This document shows positions 44,505 through 58,387 of a stretch of DNA of 64,000 nt, piece by piece (the stretch's first letter is position 1; each line of letters opens with the position of its first letter). The position numbers and the translations under genes were made by a program. Source of the DNA: Octopus vulgaris (lineage: Eukaryota); assembly GCA_951406725.2 (NCBI GenBank), contig OX597832.1:49786001-49850000 (forward strand). The letters are read 5' to 3'. The notes below the pieces were generated by a model. It ran no database searches and was not told where the DNA came from. It worked only from the letters and a program-made list of their open reading frames with translations.

Positions 44505-46284
44505 GGATTATAAAGAAAAAAGAGACAAACAACATCAGAAAAGAGAAATACCAACATAGAGTGACCAAGCGAAAAGGTGGCCTCTTTGCAGAGACTTGAT
44601 ATGTTAGAAATAGCAGACAAACTCCCTTAACCCTTTGACATTCAGATTTGACTGTCAAATATAATGCTTATTCATTTACATTGTTTTGAATTAATCTTGC
44701 CTTATCTCACAGCTTTGAGATTTCAATGATGTGACGATTTACGTTCAGAGGAACAAATGTTGAGTAGGTGTTAGAGGCTGGATCTGGCTGGTTTGAACGT
44801 AAAACAGGTACAATGTTTGGGTCAGATATAGCTGGTTTAATCCTTTAGCATTCAGACATTCTGTCAAATGTTATGCTCTTTCATTCACATCGTTTTTAAT
44901 TAATCATGTTAGTTAGTTAGTTAATTAGTTAATTTTTTGGCTCAAAAAGCAAGGTCATGTAGGGGGACATGGAGTTATGTACAGGGTGGTGTTCATGTAA
45001 AGAGTTCTCCATCTTTCCTTTAATTTGAAAATACACTCTTCCCAGAACTGAGGTGGTTTCAGGGCAAAGAATTCATCAATACTCTGGAATATTATCAGAA
45101 ATTCTTCGAAACGAATTATGAATTTATTAATCGGACAGGAGTACGATTATAATTTTATATAATTTTATATCTATCTATCTAACTATCTATCTATCTATCT
45201 ATCTATCCTCTCTCTCTTTATATATGTATGTATGTATGTTTATATCCTTAGTATTATCTCATAGCTTTGATATTTTGATATGATTGCTTTGTTTTTAGAA
45301 TGGCATTGAAAGGTAGGTGTGATAGGCTGGATCTGGCTGGTTAGAACATAAAACACATGTGGGCCGGATAAAAACATGACAGTTTTTAATGCTAAAGGTT
45401 TAAACAAAACCAAAACAACTTGTAGATAATGTCGTCCTTACTTAAGCCATTCACTCCTTAAAAAGCACTGGCCATTGAAGACTTTTCTCCATTATCCTCA
45501 ACTCTGGGCAATCAGGGCCACTGCTCCAGTATGAAGGCCTTCCTCTCCTAAACTTTTTCCTTTTTTTCTAGATAGGGGTGTTGGCCCTATGCAGACCTGT
45601 TTATACTGCTGGGAAGAGGTGGTCCATATAACTCTGGCCTCTATCCTTTGACCTATCCAGCTTAAGAGCCTCCACCAGGAGCTTGTGCTCTGCTGGCATA
45701 GCTCTCAGGGTCATTGAGGCCCACAAGACACACACAACAATGGACTGGATCTTGTAGCAGAAGATGAAAGTGGCCTGTCAAGACAAATGAGCCCCACGAG
45801 ATGGAGTGGCTACTGCAATGAGTATTGCTGATCATTCTCCGCAGCATCACCATAATCGTCATTACTGCAGAGCATGGCTGAACACACCATCTGTTCCGAG
45901 ATATGTGGCCCATCGCCCAACCCCTCCATCTTTCACTGCTTTAACCCCTACTACCAACACCTTTTTCTTTCCTTTTCTTTCTCTTCCTTTCTTATCTTTC
46001 TTCTTTGTTGTTTCTTTGTATTTAAATGTTAAAATAAAATATAATGTTATTTAAAAAAAAAATCTTTGTTTCCTTTTTACTTGTTTGTCACGAGACTGCA
46101 GCCATGCTGGAGCACTGCCTTGAAGAGTTTAGTCAAATGACTCAACCCTAGGACTTATTAGTTTTTAAGCCTGGTACTTATTCTATCGGTCTTTTGCCAA
46201 AACGCTAAGTTACAGGGACGTAAACAAACCAACACCAATTGTAAAGTGGTGAAGGGGTGGGAGACAAACACAAACACACATGCA

Positions 46285-46330
<46 letters not shown>

Positions 46331-46347
46331 CATACATACATACATAC

Positions 46348-46395
<48 letters not shown>

Positions 46396-47263
46396 CACAC
46401 ACACACAGTGGGCTCCCACAATTTCTGTCCACCATATTCACTCACATGAGTGTGGTCAGCCTTAGGCTATAGTAACAGACACTGGCCCAAGGTACTGCAT
46501 GGTGGAACTGACCTAACACAATAAGGTTGCAAAGCAAGCTTTTTAGCCACACAGCCATACGTGTACCTGAAGAATTTAGTAAAATAACTTTGTCCATATC
46601 ATTATTAATCTGCTGTGTAAGGCGGCAAGCTGGCAGAATCGTTAGCATGCCAGGCAAAATGCTTAACATATTCCATCCTTCTTTACATTCTGAGTTCAAA
46701 TTCTGCCAAGGTCAACTTTGCCTGTCATCCTTTTAGGGTTGATAAATTAAGTACCAGTGAAACACTGGTGTTGATGTAATTGATTAGTCCCCTCCCGCAA
46801 AATTTCAGGCCTTGTGCCGTTAATAGAAAGGAGTATTACTCTGTTGTTTATGGTGGCAAGCTGGCAGAATCATTATCATGCCAGGCAAAATACACAGCGG
46901 CATTTTATCCGTCTTTACATTCCAAGTTCAAATTCCACCAAGGTCAGCTTTGCCTTTCGTCCTTCTGGTGTCAATAAAATAAGTACCAGTTGAGCACTGG
47001 GGTCAATGTAATCAACTTTCCCCCTCCCTCCTAATTACTGGTCAACGTAATCAACTTACCTCTCACCCCAAACTGACGATCTTGCACCAAAATTTGAAAT
47101 CATTATTAATTTGTTGTTTAAAACAGAAATTGAAATAAAATTTAGATGGAAAGTTTTAATTCAGATCCCATTAACCCTTTAGTATTTAAACTGGCCATAT
47201 CCAGCCCAAATATTCTACTTGCTTTATTTTGCAAACTGGCTGGATCCTGCCAGTTGACTATAG

Positions 47264-47644
47264 CAGCATTTCGAAACTGTGGTTCCCCGGAACCCTAGGG
47301 TTCCACAAAAGGTTCCCAGGGGTTCTCCGAGAGAGAGTGAAATAAGTTAATGCTAATTTCATGAGTGTAATATTATTATACATGCACAACACACTATTGG
47401 TTACTGTAATATAGACATCATCCTATTTAACCTATTATGTTATCAAAAAATATAACAACCATATGTATGTATGTATATACATATGTATGGATGGATGTAT
47501 GCATGCATATGATATTTATCACATGAACTACAATGAAAAAAATATGAGAAAGAAATGGCATATCATTTTTTTTGTGCAGGGGTTCCTTGAGACACATATT
47601 TTATTTTAAGGGTTACGCAAGGGTAAAAAGGTTGAGAAACACTG
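47264..47644. mobile_element. hAT-type MITE
   Basis: CAG..TTTC..AA / TTGAGAAACACTG ends; TSD GACTATAG/GCCTATAG. Confidence 0.68.
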
Positions 47645-47997
47645 GCCTATAGGGTAAACTATGCCTTCTGAAATAGACTTCCATTCCTCGTAATATATTT
47701 ATAAATATGTAATTTTATTTATATAACTTTTCTATCTTTCTTATGTAAAATTTCATATATAGAAACCATGAATTCAAATTATTCTGCTACAGACGCAGAC
47801 GTGCCTGTGTGGTAAGAAGCTTGCTTCCCGATTACCAACCGCATGGTTTTAGGTTAAGTCCCCCTGCATGGCACCTTGGGTAAGTGTGTTCTGCTAATCT
47901 CAGGTCAGGCAAAGCTTTGAGAGTGGATTTGGTAAACAGAAACTGAAAAAGGTTTTTTTTTTTTTTTGTGTGTGTGTGTGTGTGTGTGTGTGGGTGT

Positions 47998-48031
<34 letters not shown>

Positions 48032-49736
48032 TTCTCTATGTGTGTGTATCTTTGTGTCAGTGTTTGTGCCCCATCACTGCTCAACAACCAATGTTAGTGT
48101 GTTTATATCTCCGTAACCTAGCGGTTCAGCAAAGAGAGACAGATAGAATAAGTACCAGGCTTTAAAAATAAGTCCTAGGGTGAATTTGTTCAACTAAAAC
48201 CAACCATTCAAGGCAGTACCCCAGCATGGCCACAGTCAAATGACTGAAACAATAAAAGATAAAAGATCATCATCATCATCATTATTTAGCGTCCGCTTTC
48301 CATGCTAGCATGGGTTGGACGGTTCAACTGGGGTCTGGGAAGCCAGAAGGCTGCACCAGGCCCAGTCTGATCTGGCAATGTTTCTATGGCTGGATGCCCT
48401 TCCTAACGCCAACCACCCTGTGAGTGTAGTGGGTGCTTTTTACGTGCCACCGGCACAGGGGCCAGACAGGGCTGGCAAACGGCCACGGTCGGATGGTGCT
48501 TTTTATGTTCCACTGGCACGAGGGCCAGGCAAGGCTGGCAACGGCATTTTCCTTAACCCTTTAGCATTCAGATTACTCTGTCAAATGCAATGCATATTTA
48601 TTCGCTTTGTTTTGAATTAATCATGCATTATCCCATAGCTTCAAGATTTTGATGAGATAGTTTTTTTTTGTTTTTTTTTTAGCATGACATTGTAAGGTAG
48701 GTATGAGGGACCAGATCTGGCCAGTTTGAGCATGAAACAGATAGAATATTTTGGCCAGCATAAATGCTAAAGGGTAATAAATTAAAACATATTGCTCGTT
48801 CTATCAATGATCATATTGATTTTGTTTCGTTTCTTTTTCTCTCCCACAGGCTGACAAAGAAGTGTGATATCTAACAAATTGGTATAAACCATAGTGATCT
48901 CTCAAGAGCATAGCTCTCTTAAGGTCTTCCTGAGAGTAGAAAAAACGCATGATAGAAATTCAGCTGTTAGACTGAAGAGGACAAGTTGCCACATAGAAGC
49001 TCTATTGATTCGTAACTTGATCGGAGGGAAATTAAATGGGCTGGTTTGGCAACATTCAATACAATATAACAAATGTATAGGACCAAGCTGACATAGAAAA
49101 TTCAATCGTGTTCCATCAGTGGGGCCAATTTCTCTTATCTATCTCAAACTGGTGCTTTATCTAAAACTCATTTACATCGAAAACTTTTGCAGTGAAATCG
49201 TTTACATTAACGGCTCTTTTTCTGAATACAACTGGGAATATAAGCAACATCTAATTTTGGGGAGACAACAAGAAATAATAAACCCTAACAATAAAAAGAC
49301 AATTTAAACTTGAAAAAGAAACACGAATGCCTAATAATTCGTTTTTTTTTTTGTCTTCTTTAAATCAATGGAATTTTAATTAAATTTTCCAAGACATAGC
49401 CACGCAATAAAAATTAGTAATTTGAAGTAAGATAAATAATGAGAAAGATAACAGAAAGAAAACTGCTTACAAAATAGTAATTAAGAAGGATAACGGGTCT
49501 ACTGTGTGTTAAGCTTATTTGCATGTTAATATAATTAGAATTGACTAACAGGTGCACACATGGCTGTATGGTTAAGAAGTTCACTTTGCAACCATGTGGT
49601 TTGGGGTTCAGACCCACTGTTTGGGCACCTTCTACTATGGCCCCGGACTGATCAATGCCTTGTGAGTCGATGTGATAGAGGAAAACTGTGTGGAAGCCCA
49701 GTGTATATATGTTTAAATGTATGGATGTGTGTGTGT

Positions 49737-49768
<32 letters not shown>

Positions 49769-52701
49769 CTGTGTTAGTCTCCTCCACTACTATCACTTGA
49801 TAACTGGTAATGGTTTGTTTACATCCCCTGCAACTTAGTGGTTTGGCAAAAAAGACTGATAGAATAAGTACCAAACTTAAAAAATACTGGGGTCAACTTG
49901 TTTAATCCCATCAAGGCAATACCCCAGCAAAACCACAGTCCAATGACAAATAAATAAAAAATAAACGATAAATATTTACATTACAATTCAAGAATATTTG
50001 AAAGTGATAAATTTGAAATAATGCTTGAGAGATTAAGATATCTGAAACAAAAATATTAATCTTCCTAAATTTGATGGGTTTTTATAGCAATAAAACAAGG
50101 AGATGATTTTTTTTCTCCTGTATATGCAAATACTAAATTATCGTAGGGAACTCTCTGAAAACCCCAGTACCCATTCCCAAGTGACATAATTGTAATGTAG
50201 AATGAAATCACTACCATCATCGTTTACCGTTCTATGTTGGCATGGGTAAAAAAACACAATGAAATACTTGCAGAGAACTTGAAGTCATAATCAGGAGTTT
50301 AAAGCTTATTACACCCACTGTATTGCACTCCTGAACAGACACATAACTTTGATTGCCTCAGTGTAATGGCTGATAGATCAAGTTTCATTTTGACTAATTT
50401 AATTAGCACTAGCGTGAACATCCAGCTTTAAGAACAATTGCAACAATACCAGCTGGGGAAACCTCTATGTGGTCACTTGGCCTGCTAGAAAAAGTAGCCA
50501 AATCACCCTCAAATAATATCTTACTGTTTTCAAACCAAGACATTGAGCCTTATAAAGATGACTAAGGACCAAGGTATCTGGCACGCTGCTGTACTCAAAA
50601 TTGATACTAGTGCCAGTGTCACATAAAAGGCACTCGTTTTGGTGCCACATAAAAAGCACCCAGTACACTGTGTAGTGGTTGGCATTAGGAAGGGCTTATA
50701 GCCGTAGAAACCATGCCAGAACACACAATGGAGCCTGGTGAGGCCCCAGGCCTTACAAGCTCTGATCAAACCGTCCAACCCATGCCTGCATGGAAAACAA
50801 ACGTTAAATGATGATGATGAAGTACATAAGATAATGTAATCTTATATAACCCTTAAAAAAACTGGATGACTGCATTTGGAATGCCTTTCATTATAGTTTT
50901 TAAATCAGGATTAGCCTAGGGTTAAACTACACCAACACAGAAAATGTACAAATATGCAGAATCAGGTGTGATCATGAAAAAAGCACCCAGCACACTCTGT
51001 AAAGTGGGTGGCGGCATTAGGAAAGGCATCCATCAATAGAAACTATACCAAAGCATGGAAAATGAGAGATTAAATGATGATGAGGGCATGTGGCCTAGTC
51101 GTTAGGGTATAGCACTCACAACTGCGAGAATCTGGGTGGATTCGTAGACTGGGTGGTGCATTATGTAATAGAGCAAAACACTTCATCTCACATTGCTCTG
51201 CAATCACTTCGACACCTGATACATGGTATACTGTGCACCTGTTCAGGTAATGCCAATTTGATGGAGGGAGTGAGCGCAGACATTTGATCACGGTAAACAA
51301 ATCATTTGTGCAGGTCATTCAACAAAAGCTAAACGCTCACATATTGTCTTCAACAGGAGAGTCCATAGAGTGGGGGGGGGAGAGAAAGAGAGAATTATCA
51401 TTCATTACTCTTTTACTTGTTTCAGTCATTTGACTGCGGCCATGCTGGAGCACCACCTTTAGTCGAGCAAATCGACCCCAGGACTTATTCTTTGTAAGCC
51501 TAGTACTTAATCTATCGGTCTCTTTTGCCGAACCGCTAAGTAACGGGGACGTAAACACACCACCATCGGTTGTCAAGCGATGTTGGAGGGACAAACACAG
51601 ACACACAAACATATACACATACATACATACATATATATATACATATATACGATGGGCTTCTTTCAGTTTCCGTCTACCAAATCCACTCACAAGGCATTTG
51701 TCGGCCTGGGGCTATAGCAGAAGACACTTGCCCAAGATGCCACAAAGAGGGACTGAACCCGGAACCATGTGGTTGGTTAGCAAGCTACTTACCACACAGC
51801 CACTCCTGCGCCTATATGCAAACAGCTGCATAGTACCCTTGTAATTTCCCGGTCAGCTTTCTGACCGTGAGAATGGTCAGCCGATATATCTGGGTACTTA
51901 AGAATTTCATAAGCCTATCACCATTTACTTAGAGGTTATTTTTCCCTTTTAAACCAGTGAAAGAATGTACTGAGTTGAAACAGATGCCACAGGGTGTATT
52001 TGCCCACACTCTCACATTCCATGAATCCACTGTCCAGGATTGGTACTTTATTGGTACTTTAACCCTTTTGTTACCAACCCGGCTGAAACCGGCTCTGGCT
52101 CTGTTGTACAAGGTTTCAATTAAAATCTTCCACCAAACCTTAGTCACAATTTATGTTCCTAATACAAGCTGAATGATAACTAAGTTATTTTACTAAATTC
52201 TTTGTTATATTTAAAGTAATTGAAAGAAACACAGAACATCTCAAAATAAATACAGTAACGAAAGGGTTAACAATGAAAGGTTAAAACATAAACTTGACCT
52301 ACACAGGATTTGCACTCAGCAGAGAGAGCTGAAACAGGCCAAAGCTATCAATCTGACATTGTCTCTCTCTTTCCTACACATATACACACAATAAACGTGT
52401 GGGCTAAAAACAAAATAAATCTGGTTAAAAACCCAGTACATAAAATCAAATACAACAGAGAGGTGATAAGTCAACACCAAGGTGTGAACATGGACATTCC
52501 ACAGCTACAAGCTTCTACAAATCCTCCAAATTTGTTTGTGAGCACCTTCCGTTTTATTTGAATTGCAAAGTCTCTCATATTTTGTAAGTAATACCTATCT
52601 AACTGTCATCAGATCACTGATGTTATATTCAAAAGCCACAGGAAACCTGTAACTCTTTAAACTTTCTATAATGGAACATTTAATTTTATGATTATACCAC
52701 A

Positions 52702-53173
52702 ACCGGCTTCCGTGCCAGTGGCACTTAAAAGGCACCATTCGAGCGTGATCGTTACCAGTGTCGCCTTACTGGCACTCGAGCCCCGTGCTAGTAGGGTATT
52801 AAGAGCACCATCCAAGCGTGATTGTTGCCAGAGCGGCTATCTGGCTTCCGTGCCGGTGGCACATAAAAGACCATTCGAGAGTGATCGTTACCAGCATGGC
52901 CTTACTGGCACCTGTGCCGGTGGCATGTGTAAAAGATTCGAGCGAGGTCGTTGCCAGTACTGCTTGACTGGCCCCGTGCCGGTGACACGTAAAAGCACCC
53001 ACTACACTCTCAGAGTGGTTGGTGTTAGGAAGGGCATCCAGCTGTAGAAACTCTGCCAGATCAAGATTGAAGCCTGGTGCAGCCATCTGGTTCACCAGCC
53101 CTCAGTCATTAGTCCAACCCATGCTAGCATGGAAAGCGGACGTTAAACGATGATGATGATGATGATGATGATG
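52702..53173 (+). mobile_element. RTE 3' UTR fragment, five internal units
   Basis: Repeated GTGCCGGTGGCAC..AAAAGCACC units followed by the conserved terminus and (GAT)n. Confidence 0.8.
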
Positions 53174-53715
53174 GTATTTTCCAAGGTCACACCCTAAAAC
53201 ATTCAGCCTAATCCACATATACTAGTTCAATATATCCATCCATTTTTGCAGCCCCGCGATAATGACGGTAGAGTGCTCTGGCACTTCCTCCATAAGTTAT
53301 TATCAGAACAACCATCATTGCACTTTCCTGAAGTTATGGATATTATCCAACCATCTTGCACTTGGTCAAGGTGGCACAGAAAATATACCTCAACATACTC
53401 CATCCAACCCATGCAAGCATGGAAAAGTGGACATTAAAACAATGATGATGATGATATCTACCCACCTAACACTGCCCCTTTATAATACAAATCCCTTGTT
53501 TTAAAGAGATCTAATTAAAATTTTTTTTTAAAACTTTCACCAAAATTCTATGAAATTTCATGTTCCAGAAACTAGATTAATAACAACAAGGTTATTTTGA
53601 TAAATCCTTCGTTAATTTTCCCAAATTAATTTTGGGACAAAAGCAAGTGTATTTCAACAGAAATATGGTAACAAGAAGGTTAAGGTGTACCAACACACAT
53701 CATAATAATTTCCAA

Positions 53716-54130
53716 GATCAACATCAATGGAATTTGTAGTTGTGATACCAGTGCCGGTGGCACGTAAGAGAACCATCCAAACGTAGCCGTAGCCAGCGCC
53801 ACATCGACTGGCCTCCGTGCCGGTGGCACGTAACAAACACCATCCGATCGTGGCCGTTGCCAGCCTCACCTGGCCTCCGTGCCGGTGGCATGTAAAAAGC
53901 ACCATCCGAGCATGGCCATTCGCCAGCCTTGTCTGGCACCTGTGTCGGTGGCACATAAAAAGCACCCACTACACTCACAGAGTGGTTAGCGTTAGGAAGG
54001 GCATCCAGCTGTAGAAACATTGCCAGATCAGACTGGCCTGGTGCAGCCGTCGGGCTTCCCAGACCCCAGTTGAACCGTCCAACCCATGCTGGCATGGAAA
54101 GCGGACGTTAAACGATGATGATGATGATGA
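53716..54130 (+). mobile_element. RTE 3' UTR fragment, four internal units
   Basis: Same family as 40077-40492; (GAT)n tail. Confidence 0.8.
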
Positions 54131-56351
54131 ATAATGACTGTTCTCTTCAGAACAACAGACTACAAGTTATCGTAAGTGTGCAGTTCCCTCAATACATACC
54201 ACACACACACACTTATACTTGACATTTAACACTGTTCACCGTGAAGAGGGAACAATCTGTGTCAGATGTTACTTTAGAAGATCTCTCCGTTTCTTAGTGT
54301 TAAGAGTTACCATCCTCATGGTAATACTGAATTTAAGTACAATAACACAATACAAACTCTGCTGTGCTTAACCCACAAAAAAAGGCTTCAACAATATAAA
54401 CACTTTAACTTCGCAAACATTAAATCCTAATAAAATGGATTTTTTAAAAATGAATGTGTGTGTGTGTGATTATCATTTTAATGTCCACTTTTCCATACTG
54501 ACGTGGATAAAGCAGAATTTATTGAGGCGAATTTTTGGTACGTTTTGGTTATCTCACCCCCATTAAAAAATTGGGTTATCTCTAACTAAAAAAATTGTTT
54601 AACCCTCAATAAAACGTATATAAAAAAAAAAATAAAAAATTTATAAACATAGGCGCAGGAGTGGCTGTGTGGTAAGTAGCTTGCTAACCAACCACATGGT
54701 TCCGGGTTCTGTGCCACTGCATGGCACCTTGGGCAAGTGTCTTCTACTATAGCCCCGGGCCGACCAAAGCCTTGAGTGGATTTGGTAGATGGAAACTGAA
54801 AGAAGCCTGTCGTATATATATATATATGTGTGTGTATATGTGTTTGTGTGTCTGTGTTTGTCCCCCTAGCATTGCTTGACAACCGATGCTGGTGTGTTTA
54901 CATCCCCATCACTTAGCGGTTCGGCAAAAGAGACCGATAGAATAAGTACTGGGCTTACAAAAAATAAGTCCCGGGATCGATTTGCTCGACTAAAGGCGGT
55001 GCTCCAGCATGGCCACAATCAATTGACTGAAACAAGTAAAAGAATAAAACATGAAAAGTGAAAAGATTAAACATATTGAATCTGATAATATTTTTATAAT
55101 AAATCAACTGAAAAAATAAAACATCTAATGAATCTAATAACATTTTTTATAACAAATCATACCATGCCTATTGAGGAGGCCAAAAGTCAACAATATGTTG
55201 AAGTATTGGATCAAAAGGATCTAACCCTTTTAATCCAATCTCTTGTCGCCACCATAAACTCAACTGTTTAGTGGGGAGATAAATCAATTTTTTAATGGCA
55301 ATTTAAGGGCATCCAGCAGGAGTGGCTGTGTGGTAAGTAGCTTGCTTACAAACCACATGGTTCCGGGTTCAGTGCCACTGCATGGCACCTTGGGCAAGTG
55401 TCTTCTACTATAGCCTCGGGCCGACCAAAGCCTTGTGAGTGGATTTGGTAGACGGAAACTGAAAGAAGCCCGTCGTATATATGTATATGTGTGTGTTTGT
55501 GTGTCTGTGTTTGTCCCCCTAGCATTGCTTGACAACCGATGCTGGTGTGTTTATGTCCCCGTCACTTAGCGGTTCGGCAAAAAGAGACCGATAGAATAAG
55601 TACTGGGCTTACAAAGAATAAGTCCCGGGGTCGAGTTGCTCGATTAAAGGCGGTGCTCCAGCATGGCCACAGTCAAATGACTGAAACAAGTAAAAGAGTA
55701 TATATATATATGTTCATTGAGTGCTTACTAAATTGCATATAACTTGTGAGTTAAAACTATGTGTCACAGACAACCCAAAAAAAATTGGAAGAAAATTTGT
55801 TATTAAATTCTTACATGCAAAATCCCAAGTTACTGGTCAAGGAGTATGGATAATTAGTACGAATCAGGAGAATATAGTGTGGTTGTCATACAAGCAATGT
55901 CACTCATTTCCAATACTCTGTGAAAACATGTCTGTCCGTGGGGAAATATTACTTTGTTTGGAAACAGGTAAGGGATGATGACATTAAGGGCATCTGACCA
56001 TAGAAAATCTGCCTAAATAAATTCTGTCTGAGCCATGCAAGCATGGAAAAGAGGACGTTGAATATGATGAAACGTTGGTGTAGGATACATGAGAAGTCAT
56101 TATCGAGACAAATTTTTAACTTAAAGCCATAAATCAAAAAATCTAAAACAGAAAAAAGAAATTGTCAACGAGCCCCGGCATTATTTTATAGGCGCAGGAG
56201 TGGCTGTGTGGTGGGTGGCTTGCTTACCAACCACATGGTTCCAGGTTCAGTCCCACTGCGTGGCATCTTGGGCAAGTGTCTTCTGCTATAGCCTCGGGCC
56301 GACCAAAGCCTTGTGAGTGGATTTGGTAGACGGAAACTGGAAGAAGCCTGT

Positions 56352-56394
<43 letters not shown>

Positions 56395-58333
56395 ATATGT
56401 TTGTGTGTCAGTGTTTGTTCCCCCTAGCATTGCTTGACAACCGATGCTGGTGTGTTCGTGTCCCCATCACTTAGTGGTTCGGCAAAAGAGACCGATAGAA
56501 TAAGTACTGGGCTTACAAAGAAGAAGTCCCGAGGTCGATTTGCTCGACTAAAGGCGGTGCTCCAGCATGGCCGCAGTCAAATGACTGAAACAAGTAAAAG
56601 AGAGAGTAAAGAGAATGCTCTGTACACAATTGCCCTACTACAAATTATCAATTTGCTTCTGTTGGGCAGCTCTTCAAGCTATGATAATTTTACCTGTATC
56701 GATCACAAGAGAGGAAACAAAGAAAGAAAGAAAGGAAGGAGAAGAGGAATAAAGTGTCAGACAATTGATCAAGAATTCAACAGCACATATCGTCACCAGC
56801 TCTGTATTGCATCTGAAGCCGAAGCCCTTCTCGAATTACACCTGGGTGAAGGTAAGTACTACAAGACAGAAATTATTCATGACTATAAGGCAGCAGATGT
56901 ACTAGAGGAATCTTTTGTAGGTTTGCTATTGTGAAATCAATTGTGTGTGTGTGTGTTTATCCCCCATGCTTGACAACTGGTGTTGGTCTATTTACATCCC
57001 CATAACCTAATGGTTCAGCAAAAGAGACTGATAGAATACCAAGCTTAAAAAGTAAAATAATGTGGGGCGGAGAGTCAAGCTGTTTGACTAAACTAGTGAT
57101 TCTCAACCGGGGTTGATGTGACCCCTGACCCCCTGAGGGTCCATATAAGATTTGGCAGGGGCACACAAGCAAAGCAGTAAATTGGGTACACACAGTAGCA
57201 TTCTTTTTACTCTTTTTACTTGTTTCAGTCATTTGACTGTGGCCATGCTGGAGCACTGCCTTTAGTCGAGCAAATCGACCCTAGGACTTATTCTTTGTAA
57301 GCCTAGTACTTATTCTATTGGTCTCTTTTGCAGAACTGCTAATTTACAGGGACGTAAATATACCAGCATCGATTGTCAAGCGATGTTGGGGAGACAAACA
57401 CAGACACACAAACATGTACACACACACACATACATACATATATACGAGGGGCTTCTTTCGGTTTCCATCTACCAAATCAACTCACAAAGCTTTGGTCGGC
57501 CCGAGGCTATAGTAGAAGACACTTGCCCAAGGTGCCACGCAGTGGGACTAAACCCGGTACCATGTGGTTCATAAGCAAGCTACTTACCACACAGCCACTT
57601 TTTGATTTAGATGTATTTACTGAAAGGAACAGCTTGGCTTCTTTCTCTAACATTTTACATAGTTCAAACCATGCAAGTTAATGTGTGAAAAACAAAATGG
57701 GAATTTTGAAAGAAGTGTCTATAAAACTAGTTTTTAAACATCAGAGAGGCTATAGGGGTCCACCAGAGTAAAACAGTAATCAAAGGGGTCCACAGATAAA
57801 AAATTGGTTGAGAACCACTGGACTATAAACCCTCCAAGACAGTGCCCCAGCATGGCCACAATCCAATGACTGAAACAAGTAAAAGATAATTAGAGAGCAC
57901 CAAAGATTCATTTCAGGTGAGCTTAGGTTGTTGTACTAAATAAATGAAGGTACGGTACATCACACTGAATTAGTATCAGTAATGTCCTCATTAACCCTTT
58001 CATTACCAATCCGGCTGAAACCGGCTCCGTCTCTGAGTACAAATGTCTTGTTTTCATAAGTTTTTAATTAAAATCTTTCACCAAACCTTAGTCACAATTT
58101 ATGTTCCTAACACTAGCTGAATGATAACTAAGTTATTTTACTTGACTGCAGCCATGCTGGAGCACTGCCTTTAGTCGAGCAAATCGACCACGGGACATAT
58201 TCTTTTGTAAACCCAGTACTTATTCTATTGGTCTCTTTTGCCGAACCGCTAAGTGACGGGGACGTAAACATACCAGCATCAGTTGTCAAGCAATGCTAGG
58301 GGGACAAACACAGACACACAAATACACAGACAC

Positions 58334-58387
<54 letters not shown>

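Noticed and set aside
56434-56934. 166-aa + strand ORF with an internal GAAG/GTAAGT donor
   Set aside because: The first third is SINE sequence and the rest has no recognisable domain or supported acceptor.
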